DNA of 64,000 nucleotides, from positions 4,576,001 through 4,640,000 of the forward strand of contig OZ253462.1 of assembly GCA_965261395.1 (NCBI GenBank). Direction: 5' to 3'. The position numbers and the translations under genes are program-made. Of the stretch, positions 37,475 to 46,276 are shown in pieces. This stretch comes from Candidatus Latescibacterota bacterium. GTDB taxonomy: Bacteria > Latescibacterota > UBA2968 > UBA8231. The notes beneath the pieces were generated by a model. It saw only the letters and a list, made by a program, of their open reading frames with translations. It was not told the origin of the DNA and searched no databases. Position 1 is the stretch's first letter. Every line of letters begins with the position of its first letter.

Positions 37475-40095
37475 CAGCGATCGTACCCCGCGATAACCGA
37501 GATAAAAAACCGCGACACCCCCCCATCCCGCGTCCGCGCCACGGCCGGATCGGCAAATTCCTCGTGGCGCAACTCAATCCCGGTGTTGGAAACAATAGTG
37601 TAGCCGATGTACGTGCCCCGCACCGTGAACATCAGCACCGAACTCGCCGAGCGCAGCTCGCGCTCCCGATCCACCCGGTCGATAAAGCGGAAGGCCAGCA
37701 CGGGCAACAACGTGCGCGTAAACGGCACCCCCATCCCCTGCTGGCCAAATTGCACCAAGGTATTCTCCGTCAACCGCCAATCCACCCGCAGAATGGGCGC
37801 GATCTGGTTCCACGACTCCACCGCCCGCCGCCGGTCGCTGGCGGTGACGTGCTTGTACAAATGCTTGATCATGGCTTGGACGCGCAGGCGGGCCAATTCG
37901 TAGGTGTAGTCGGCCTTATTGACCATCGTGAAGGTTTGCACGCGGGCATCGGCCGCCAACTGCCGATTCAAGATCCACTGGGCGTTGTTTTCAAGGTGGA
38001 GCTGGTCCAGCCGCGCCAAGCGGGTGCCGACAAACGAGGTATGCACCCACGAGTCGGCCATCAGCAAGGCATCGGGCGTGGGCGGCTGGTTCGGGTTGTT
38101 GTTCTCACCGGCGCGGAAGACATACACCGAGTCCGGCACCGTGTCCTCGACCCGCTTGGTGTCGTGGTCGAGCTGGACTTGCCCCCAACGCGGCACGTCA
38201 AAGCCATAGGACACTCGCCCGTAGCGCGACACCGCCCGCCCCGGCCCGGCGATCTCGTCCTGGCGATAGTAGCCCAGCCCAGCCGACAGACCGCGCCAAT
38301 CCGGCAGGGCGACAAACCCGTGCAGGCCGCGCCGGTCGCGGTCGTAGGGATAATCTGGCTTGTTGTCGTTTTCGCGCTCGTCAATCACGCCGTTGTTGTT
38401 CAGGTCAATGCCATAGACAAATTCCTGCGGGTCGGAGTAGTAGAGCAAAAACGGCTCCTCAAAATCGGGCACTCCATTGGCGTTTTTGTCGTCGTCCGGG
38501 ATGTTGTCGTTGTCCTCGTCTAGCCCGGGGAATACGCCAGACTCGGTCTCCGAGCCGTTGGGATAATCGCGCAAATTGTCGTCGGCGTAGCGGTCGTTGT
38601 CGTCGTTGTCATCGACCAAGGGGAACTCGGACAGCATTTGTTGATCTTGGCTTTCGCCGCCCAAGTCCGTGTAGAGCCGCACCCCGCCGCGCCGGCTGTC
38701 GTACCCGCCGCCGTAGCGCGGCCCCATGCGGAAGAGTTCCCCACCCACTTCCCAGCGACCGACGTCCTTGAGCGCGTTGACGTACCACGCGGCCGCCCGC
38801 CGCTGGTCGCGCTGGCCACGCAGCACCGGGAAGCTGCGGTAGAGCAAGTTGCGCTGGTATTCGCCGCGCACCTTCAGGCCGACAAACGTGGCCTCCGCGT
38901 CAAAGCCGAAAATCGTCTGGCCGGTGGAAAAGCCATGCTCAAACTCCACGGCCCGGCGGTTGGAAAAATCCCGCACCTCCCCCGCTGCCCGCGCCCGCGT
39001 CTCAAAGGGTGTGTTGCGCGGCGTGAACTGATTGCGCAGCGCGTCGAAAAAGGGATGCTGTTGCGCCACCTCAATGCGGTAATCGTTGGCCACTAACGCC
39101 CGCACCCGCGCCCGGCGCAGCGCGAAATCCTCTGGCACGACGAACAGGTATTCCACCGCCTCCTCGCCGCGCACCTCCCGGAAACCATCGCCGCGCCGCC
39201 CACCCAACACTTGCGGTTGCAGACCCGGCGCAAAACGGTCGTCGGTCGGGTCGCTGCTGATCGTCGCCGCGCCCTCCGGCCCTTCTCCTTCCAACTCAAT
39301 AACAATGTCGTACACGATGGCACCGGCCTCGTCGCTTTGCGGCGAGTCGTCGCGCACGCGCACGGTGATCTCGCTCGGCGGCTGCATGGCCGGATAGGGA
39401 ATACCACCGCTCAAAAAGCCGCCGGAGCTGCCCCGAGCCGTGTTGGCCTGATGTTGGTTGACAAAGGTCGCGCCAAAGCGCAGCACATCGCCCAGCCGGG
39501 TCTGCCAGTGGCCGGCGATATTGTACACTGGGTTTTCTTCGGTGCGCTCCAAGAAGTCAATGAGCGACCCCCGCCCTTGGGCTACCGGATCGGAAAAGCT
39601 GTTGAGCGTGGGAAACAGCGAAGAGTCAAAGCCGCGCGTGGTCAGCAAGGTAATTTTGTTGGCCGGAAAGACCACGTCCCAGCGCAAGCCATTAAAGCCG
39701 GCCTGCCGCAACGTCAACGGCGTAAACTCCGTGCGCACCTCGTCGCCCACGGTCAAAGACCAATGCCACGGGCCGTAGCTATCGTGGGCGATGATCAGGT
39801 TGTTGAGCGAGCGGTAGAGTCGGTCCTTGCGGATGCGGCTGCCGCCGGGCCGCTGCTCGTCCAACTCATAGACGAGGAAGCCCTCGGCGAGGAAGCGGCC
39901 GAGGAAGTCGTAGCGCGGGGCCAAGCGGATCTCGCGGCGATAGGGCCGGTAGAGGTCTTCGCCGTAATTGGTGTATGCGCTCAGGGGTGGGCGGCGCAAA
40001 AAGTGACGCGAGGGTTGGGCGTCGGGCAGATCGGCCGACAGGGGACGCCCGGACAACAGCAAGGCGAGCAAAAGAATCCAGCGGCGGGCGATCAT
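37474..40095 (-). CDS. Large secreted/outer-membrane protein with Asp-rich Ca-binding-like repeats
   Basis: Signal peptide; DDNDDNDRYAD, DEDNDNIPDDDKNANGVPD, DLNNNGVID; beta-strand-like C-terminus. Confidence 0.7.
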   Translation of the reverse strand: MIARRWILLLALLLSGRPLSADLPDAQPSRHFLRRPPLSAYTNYGEDLYRPYRREIRLAPRYDFLGRFLAEGFLVYELDEQRPGGSRIRKDRLYRSLNNLIIAHDSYGPWHWSLTVGDEVRTEFTPLTLRQAGFNGLRWDVVFPANKITLLTTRGFDSSLFPTLNSFSDPVAQGRGSLIDFLERTEENPVYNIAGHWQTRLGDVLRFGATFVNQHQANTARGSSGGFLSGGIPYPAMQPPSEITVRVRDDSPQSDEAGAIVYDIVIELEGEGPEGAATISSDPTDDRFAPGLQPQVLGGRRGDGFREVRGEEAVEYLFVVPEDFALRRARVRALVANDYRIEVAQQHPFFDALRNQFTPRNTPFETRARAAGEVRDFSNRRAVEFEHGFSTGQTIFGFDAEATFVGLKVRGEYQRNLLYRSFPVLRGQRDQRRAAAWYVNALKDVGRWEVGGELFRMGPRYGGGYDSRRGGVRLYTDLGGESQDQQMLSEFPLVDDNDDNDRYADDNLRDYPNGSETESGVFPGLDEDNDNIPDDDKNANGVPDFEEPFLLYYSDPQEFVYGIDLNNNGVIDERENDNKPDYPYDRDRRGLHGFVALPDWRGLSAGLGYYRQDEIAGPGRAVSRYGRVSYGFDVPRWGQVQLDHDTKRVEDTVPDSVYVFRAGENNNPNQPPTPDALLMADSWVHTSFVGTRLARLDQLHLENNAQWILNRQLAADARVQTFTMVNKADYTYELARLRVQAMIKHLYKHVTASDRRRAVESWNQIAPILRVDWRLTENTLVQFGQQGMGVPFTRTLLPVLAFRFIDRVDRERELRSASSVLMFTVRGTYIGYTIVSNTGIELRHEEFADPAVARTRDGGVSRFFISVIAGYDR

Positions 40096-40107
40096 AAGAA
40101 TCTCCTT

Positions 40108-40137
40108 CGTAGGGGCGACCGGCCGGCCGCCCCTACG
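40108..40137. repeat. REP-like palindrome
   Basis: CGTAGGGGCGACCGGCCGGCCGCCCCTACG. Confidence 0.75.
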
Positions 40138-40246
40138 GACGGTCGTTTCCGTGTCGGTGCAGGACTCATCCCCCCGGCCCCCTTTGCGAGGAGGAAAATT
40201 GTGATAAAACCCTAGCTGATGCGGAAGGGAGTTCGGGGATTAGGTC

Positions 40247-41824
40247 TCACATCCCCCAAACGTCGATCTCGACGCCTAGGTCGGACGCCTGGCGGCAGTG
40301 AAACACCTTGTCGTCCCAACGCCTGTTTTCACGTCGGTCGAATACCACCAGATGCCCTCCCTCGGCCGCGCACCGATCCATGTACTCAGCCGTCTGTTCC
40401 AATCCCTCGGCAACCGTCTGCTCCAAACTCTTATGCAGAATTTTGCATTCGATCACAACTTTAAGCATCTGCTCGCCCTGCGGCCACACGATCAGCAAGT
40501 CCGTCCGCATCCGACCCAAGCCGTATTCGCGCTCAATCCGGCCGCCGCTGTTGACAATCCGCTGCAAAAACGCCTGCAGTAGCAGTTGCGGACCCGCTTC
40601 CTTGTACTGGAATCGCTCCACCCAGTGCTCCGAGTGCTCGCGGAAAAATTGCTGAAACGACGCCAGCAGCTTGCCCACATCCAACCCACCGGCCGCATCC
40701 ACATACCACGCCACGTCCTCGGCAAGGCCTGCTTGGGTGGCATAAGTCAGTTCGCGCGGCACCACTTCCGCGTAGATCGGATTGGCCATGCGCAGCGGGT
40801 CATCGAGGGCGATTAAGCCCAAGTCGCGGACGTATTCCAGATCCCGCGCCGAAAACGCGCTCTGTTCGGCCCCGCTCAGCAGCGGCTCCACCACCCTCCG
40901 CACCCGCTCCTCTTGCAGCTTGTCGGCCAACTGATCTAAGTGCGTCTCGCGCCGCAAAATGAGCTGTTCGTGCGCGATGCGGAGGGCGGCGGCGTCAATG
41001 GGGCGGGAACGGTCAGACCCCGCCTCGTGCTCAAAGCAGGTTTCGTAGGCCAAAGCATTGACCAGCCACGGCTGCCCTTGCGTCTGCGTCCAGACCGCGT
41101 CCTCCGCCTCGGCCGTAAACGCTTGGCCTGTTTCTTCCGTGTGCTGCCTCAGCAACGCCAGCACCTCCTGCTGCGAAAAGTCACTCAATCGCAGCGACCG
41201 CGCCTTGATGTTGAACGCACTGCCGCCGGCGATGATCGCGTTTTCCGCGGTCGATTGAATGCGGTAATCGCGCACATCGCGCACCCCGCACAGCACCACG
41301 CTCTGCGGAAAACCCTCCGGCCGCAGGTCGTAGCCCGCCCGCAATTGACGCAGCACCGACAGCAACGAATCGCCGATGAGGGCGTCAATCTCGTCAATCA
41401 GCAGCACCAAGGGCTTGGGATCGGCCTCCGACCAGCGCGTCAACGCCTCCTGTAACGCAACACCCGGCCCGACCTCGGCGAGGAGGCCCGGCCAGACCTT
41501 GCCCAAAAATTCGTCGCCCAGTGTCAAGCGTGCCCGAGACGCAAGCGCTCCCAAAACGGTGCGTATCACCTGTTCTACATTCTCGCGCCCGGCTTGCCCG
41601 CCTTCCACATTGACGTACACGCAGCGGTAATCGCCTCGGGCATTGAGCAGGTCGCGCAGCGCCAGCAGTGCCGACGTCTTGCCCGTCTGCCGTGGCGCGT
41701 GCAGCACGAAGTACTTTTTTTGCCCGATGAGGGTCAACACCCCATCCAAATCCAAGCGCTCCAACGGCGGGATATGGTAGTGGTCGTCAGGCCGGATGGG
41801 GCCAGCCGTGTTGAAAAAACGCAT
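40247..41824 (-). CDS. AAA-type ATPase with C-terminal PD-(D/E)xK nuclease-like domain
   Basis: MRFFNTAGP, APRQTGKTS, LLIDEID; REYGLGRMRTDL..IECK. Confidence 0.85.
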   Translation of the reverse strand: MRFFNTAGPIRPDDHYHIPPLERLDLDGVLTLIGQKKYFVLHAPRQTGKTSALLALRDLLNARGDYRCVYVNVEGGQAGRENVEQVIRTVLGALASRARLTLGDEFLGKVWPGLLAEVGPGVALQEALTRWSEADPKPLVLLIDEIDALIGDSLLSVLRQLRAGYDLRPEGFPQSVVLCGVRDVRDYRIQSTAENAIIAGGSAFNIKARSLRLSDFSQQEVLALLRQHTEETGQAFTAEAEDAVWTQTQGQPWLVNALAYETCFEHEAGSDRSRPIDAAALRIAHEQLILRRETHLDQLADKLQEERVRRVVEPLLSGAEQSAFSARDLEYVRDLGLIALDDPLRMANPIYAEVVPRELTYATQAGLAEDVAWYVDAAGGLDVGKLLASFQQFFREHSEHWVERFQYKEAGPQLLLQAFLQRIVNSGGRIEREYGLGRMRTDLLIVWPQGEQMLKVVIECKILHKSLEQTVAEGLEQTAEYMDRCAAEGGHLVVFDRRENRRWDDKVFHCRQASDLGVEIDVWGM

Positions 41825-41845
41825 CTCGTTTCTCCTTGGGAGTTA

Positions 41846-41878
41846 GGACCTACCCCTGAGAGGTTAGAGGGTAGGTCC
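41846..41878. repeat. Palindromic intergenic repeat
   Basis: GGACCTACCC-N13-GGGTAGGTCC. Confidence 0.5.
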
Positions 41879-41885
41879 GCCGTAC

Positions 41886-43541
41886 TCAATACACCACCCC
41901 GACCAACCCCGTCCACACATCCCCGCGATCGGCATCGATTTCAACGCGCAGCAGATAATGCCCAGGCGCAACCAGCCGCCCACTGTCGTCGCGGCCATCC
42001 CACGCCAAGCGCTTGCGCCCGGCCGCAGCCGGTTGCCCATCCCACAGCACCCGCCGCTGCCGTCCCGCCAAGTCGTACAGGGCCACCGTCAACGCCTGCG
42101 GATGCTGCACCTTGGCCAAGTCGATCTGAATTTGAGCCGCACCCGAGGCCGCGTTGAAGGGATTGGGCCGCACCGACACGCCAGCGCGCGGCAGGGCGCG
42201 GGAGACCACCCCCTCTCCTACCAAAGTCCAAGCATCTTCCTCCACCGGCCGTGCGTTCTGCCAATCCACGCTATCGCCCAAGGCAACCGCCGCCCGCACC
42301 GCCAGCGTCGGCCGCAACAGCACCGACGCAAATTCCACTTCTAGCCGCCCCGACCGGCTCACGTGGTGCTCGGCCCCCAACACCAACCGGAGACCCTCAT
42401 CATCCCATCCGACCTCATACCCATCCTCCGGCAGCACCAACCCATCGAACCTCACCTCCTGCACCACGCCCGGCAGGCCGATATGCACTCGATCAAAGCC
42501 GAGATCTTCCGGGCCAATTTCCACATCGAAGGTATAAGTGAACACGGTCTCCTCGCCCAACACCGGCCGCGGCGGCGCAATGGCCCCGGCCACCGCACGG
42601 GCAAAAAGCTGTTCCCCAAAGGCGACCGCCACCTGCATGAGCCTCGGCGTGCTAAGTGGATCGCGGGTTTCCATGACCGCCCGATACTGCAAAAACCGCG
42701 CTGGCTCCGGCTCGGTCAGGGCCACGCCATCGCCGACTGCCGCCAAGTCCCAAGCTGGCACCCGGTGCCACTCAGGCCACGCCTCCCCGTCGGCTGAGGT
42801 GCGGAACTGCACCCGCAAGATCGTGCCCGGCGGCGTCTGTCCAGCAAACCACACCCGCCCCAAGTTGACCGGCTGCCCCGCGTCGAACACCACCGACTCA
42901 AACGTCCCCTCAGACCGGAAACCCTCGCCGAACACTTCCACCTCGCCGATGGAGACCCAGTTGGGTGGATCTTCCCGCGTCAGCCGCAGGCGCACAAAGC
43001 GGCCCAATACCGGCAGCGGTGCCCCGTCCGCGGCCTGCTCAATCCACGTCGAATCCACCGACGTATCCACCGTCGGGCGGGTGTTTTCCGCCTGTTGCGC
43101 CACCAACACCCAATCGTCGGGCGTGGCCTCCCGTGCCACTTCGAGGCGGTAGCCTTTGACGAAAAACAGCGGCCGTTGGGCCACCGTCTTGCCCGGCAGC
43201 AGGCGCACTTGACCCACGCCGCGGTCGCCGCCCAAGTCGATCCGAATCCACTTGCCCAACACTTCGACTTCGTTGTCAAAGCGCCACTCCGTGTCGGTAT
43301 TGCCGTCGGTGACGCTGCGGCTGCCTCTCAAGGTGTTCGGCCCGGAGGAAGCCACCGCATCCAAGGCGAGGTTGACCCCGCGAAACGAGGCCAGCGACAC
43401 CCGCCCCAAGCTATCGATCTCCGTGCCGGAAAAAAGGCCGCCTGAGAAACTGTCGGCCCCCTCCTGCACCCACTCGCCAGCCATCGCCGGAACGCAGCAC
43501 AGCACGGCCAAGCCGAGCAAATAACCCATCGCGTTAATCAT
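41886..43541 (-). CDS. Secreted discoidin-like protein with C-terminal FlgD Ig-like domain
   Basis: Signal peptide; WIRIDLG..GRFVRL..IGEVEVFG; PNPFN..YDLAGR..WDGRDDSG..PGHY. Confidence 0.8.
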   Translation of the reverse strand: MINAMGYLLGLAVLCCVPAMAGEWVQEGADSFSGGLFSGTEIDSLGRVSLASFRGVNLALDAVASSGPNTLRGSRSVTDGNTDTEWRFDNEVEVLGKWIRIDLGGDRGVGQVRLLPGKTVAQRPLFFVKGYRLEVAREATPDDWVLVAQQAENTRPTVDTSVDSTWIEQAADGAPLPVLGRFVRLRLTREDPPNWVSIGEVEVFGEGFRSEGTFESVVFDAGQPVNLGRVWFAGQTPPGTILRVQFRTSADGEAWPEWHRVPAWDLAAVGDGVALTEPEPARFLQYRAVMETRDPLSTPRLMQVAVAFGEQLFARAVAGAIAPPRPVLGEETVFTYTFDVEIGPEDLGFDRVHIGLPGVVQEVRFDGLVLPEDGYEVGWDDEGLRLVLGAEHHVSRSGRLEVEFASVLLRPTLAVRAAVALGDSVDWQNARPVEEDAWTLVGEGVVSRALPRAGVSVRPNPFNAASGAAQIQIDLAKVQHPQALTVALYDLAGRQRRVLWDGQPAAAGRKRLAWDGRDDSGRLVAPGHYLLRVEIDADRGDVWTGLVGVVY

Positions 43542-43842
43542 CTATCCACTCCTCCAATCCCCAAATTTCTAACGTGTTCTGTATGAAGAAAGGGAGCTGC
43601 TGGAAGCGCAACGTCAGGCCCAGTTGCCCCAAACGGATCGCGTCTTGTTTGAGCAATGGATTGAGGCTCCGCACTTCGTTGGCCACGATGCAGACCTCTG
43701 TTATCCCCTCCTCGACCTGCGATTGTAGGAAATCATACAGGATGTCGAACTCCGTCTTGTTGATATACCCCATGAATTCGATGGTTAAGGTCTCGCCGCA
43801 GCGATTTAATGTGTTAATGCGTATCATGCTTATGCCTTCCAA
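43534..43842 (-). CDS. STAS-like domain protein
   Basis: About 100 aa with STAS-like pattern and FIQNTLEIWGL end; coupled to both neighbours. Confidence 0.55.
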   Translation of the reverse strand: MEGISMIRINTLNRCGETLTIEFMGYINKTEFDILYDFLQSQVEEGITEVCIVANEVRSLNPLLKQDAIRLGQLGLTLRFQQLPFFIQNTLEIWGLEEWIDD

Positions 43843-43844
43843 GC

Positions 43845-45200
43845 TCAGTCCGCATCGACGAATTGACGTGCCAATGATCCCTCTCGCGTCAACGCGTACA
43901 CCACGACATTGACGCCCAAATTATAGACCAATGGCTCCTCGGCACCGACGAGAAACGGGCTGCCGACTTCGTTCTTCGCTACCGACGAATCCCGCTCCTG
44001 CTTGGCGACTCCCGCCCAGTAATCGGCATAGCCGCGCATCGAATACACCCCCACCAACTGCTCCCCTACCATGATGCCCTCCAAATAGTCCGGGGTTCGT
44101 GGCGGTCGGTCTTGTCCAGAACTAAACATAGATTCTATATCGCGTATCCCGAGCGGCAGGCTGTTTACATCGTAGAAGCAATGATAGATCGGATGGGTTA
44201 GCTCTAGGCGTTTAAACTGCCAGTCCTTCCATTCTTGATAGCCCTCCGCTTGAAAGCTGGCGCGAATGAGGGAACGCACCGCTGGAACGTCTAATTCGGC
44301 GTCCCTATAATTCACATTGGACCACAAAAGGCGGACAATATCCACAAAAAGGAAGCCGCCGCCGGTCAAATACGCCCCAAAATTGGCCGCCTCGCTGTCC
44401 GTGAACTCAAAGGGGGTATTGACGGTCATGAGAACGAAGGGGACTTGCAAAAGCTGCGGATCGTCGAGCCGAACCGCGTCGCGTACTTCGACGTGGACTT
44501 GCGTACTGGCGACCATCTTATCGGCCAACCCTTGCAGCATCCGCCGTTCCACCAAGCGGCGCGGCATCTGGTGATGCCAGCGCACTCGTATGTTTTCAGC
44601 CTGTTCACTGTACTCAGCCCGTTCGATGGAAGGGCTGTAGATGCCGGACATATAGAGAAAGCCCTTGAGCTTGCGCCGATCTTTTGGATCGACTACCACC
44701 ATCGCCCGGTGCCGACCCGTGTCCATCGCCTGCACATCCATCAACTCCAAGGCCAAATCAATCTCGTCCGCGCCCTGCCGCGTCCCTTCCAACGCCCCAA
44801 CGCGCAGGTGCGGGCCAATATGCCGAGCGGGGAAATCCGGCACGGGCAGCGCCAGCCGATCCGGCAGCGACGCCGTCGGCAGCCGAAGAGCCGAGGTCTT
44901 AAAGACCGGCAGCGGACGCGACGCCGACGGAGCCGGCCGCATGGCCACGACCGGGGCGGCTTGGAGCGCCGGACGGCGCACTAAGGGACGCTGCATGGGG
45001 CGTTGCCGGCGGGTGAGAGTGCGCTGTGGCGGCGGCCGTTTGGTAAACTTCACCATGATCGGCAGTAGGACGGGGAATTGCGTAACCCGCTCGCGGTGCG
45101 TGATCCCGAAAATCACCAGCAGATGCAAGGCCAACGACAACGCCAAGCAGCTTTGCAGTTTTCTATTTTTTTGGAACGGTACTTTCCAAGGTCGTCTCAT
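43845..45200 (-). CDS. DUF4159 domain protein with N-terminal membrane anchor and Pro-rich linker
   Basis: SLALHLL; YLTGGGFLFVD, HPIYHCFYD, LEGI, LGVNVVVYALT. Confidence 0.8.
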   Translation of the reverse strand: MRRPWKVPFQKNRKLQSCLALSLALHLLVIFGITHRERVTQFPVLLPIMVKFTKRPPPQRTLTRRQRPMQRPLVRRPALQAAPVVAMRPAPSASRPLPVFKTSALRLPTASLPDRLALPVPDFPARHIGPHLRVGALEGTRQGADEIDLALELMDVQAMDTGRHRAMVVVDPKDRRKLKGFLYMSGIYSPSIERAEYSEQAENIRVRWHHQMPRRLVERRMLQGLADKMVASTQVHVEVRDAVRLDDPQLLQVPFVLMTVNTPFEFTDSEAANFGAYLTGGGFLFVDIVRLLWSNVNYRDAELDVPAVRSLIRASFQAEGYQEWKDWQFKRLELTHPIYHCFYDVNSLPLGIRDIESMFSSGQDRPPRTPDYLEGIMVGEQLVGVYSMRGYADYWAGVAKQERDSSVAKNEVGSPFLVGAEEPLVYNLGVNVVVYALTREGSLARQFVDAD

Positions 45201-46276
45201 CTGCTCAGGTCCCTCCGCAAAGGATGGAAATCGAGCATTGACGCACGTTCCGCCATTTCGTCGCTCGAGATGGTCTGATTCGTTTCGTGAAATGCCATCA
45301 GGCTATGGAGGCGCATCTCCTCTGGTATTAAGGGGTCCGGCCATATAGAAGCAAACCAAAATTCGATTAGATACAGTCGAAGATCCTCATTCTTTTCCAC
45401 CATGTGGGCTATAGACCTACGCCGTTTTTGCGATTCCGCAAACGCATTTTGTGGGCTGAAAAAGTCGTGGTGATGATACAGGTGATAGCTCTGCGCCTTG
45501 GCGGCAAAGCGCATTTTATACCCATTCTGCATGAGGCGATAGGCCAAATCCCATCCTTCAGAATGGGGCAGCTCTTCGTCAAATCCACCGACCTCCTCAA
45601 GAGCGACACGCGGGGCCGAAGCATTATGTGGATAAAAACTGATCCAACCTATCGGCGAGTCGGGCACTTGGTCAGAGAGTACTTGTACTTGGTCTTGCAT
45701 TAATTTTAATTCTGGGAAGGGATACCCGCCCTCTCGGGCTAACGGGGCGATCGCATCAAAATCAGACTGTATCATAGCTTCGGTCACCCGAAATTCGTCT
45801 GGGTACGTACGCATAATATGAGCAACCGATGCTGGAACGTCCTCCCAAGGAAGGCCACTGCGCGGGTCCTGGACGTACTCCAAACGAGGCAAGCAATACT
45901 GGAATCCGCTCGTTACGCCGTTGTAGCGCTGAAATAGTTGCCAATGTTGAGCCAACCAATCGGGACCCGGTAGCGCGTCTCCGTCCAAGAAGGCGATCAA
46001 ATCTCCCCGCGCTTCCGCTATACCGATATTCCGCGCTCGGCAGCGTCCTACATTGGTATTCAAGGGAATGACTTTTACGGGAATTTGCTCATACGTACGC
46101 AGAAAATTCCCTGTTCCGTCCGTGCTGCCATCGTCCACCACGATAACCTCAAACGGGCCTTCAGAGAATGTTTGAACGGCCAAGCCGCTTAAAACGAGCC
46201 GCAACCGATCGCGCTGATTGTGTGCGGCGATGACGACAGAAATATCCATTGAGCTAGCTCCCTTATATACATTCAA
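45197..46276 (-). CDS. Glycosyltransferase family 2
   Basis: SVVIAAHN, VVDDGSTD, ARNIG, FLDGD, VGGFDE..EGWDLAYRL. Confidence 0.9.
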   Translation of the reverse strand: MNVYKGASSMDISVVIAAHNQRDRLRLVLSGLAVQTFSEGPFEVIVVDDGSTDGTGNFLRTYEQIPVKVIPLNTNVGRCRARNIGIAEARGDLIAFLDGDALPGPDWLAQHWQLFQRYNGVTSGFQYCLPRLEYVQDPRSGLPWEDVPASVAHIMRTYPDEFRVTEAMIQSDFDAIAPLAREGGYPFPELKLMQDQVQVLSDQVPDSPIGWISFYPHNASAPRVALEEVGGFDEELPHSEGWDLAYRLMQNGYKMRFAAKAQSYHLYHHHDFFSPQNAFAESQKRRRSIAHMVEKNEDLRLYLIEFWFASIWPDPLIPEEMRLHSLMAFHETNQTISSDEMAERASMLDFHPLRRDLSR

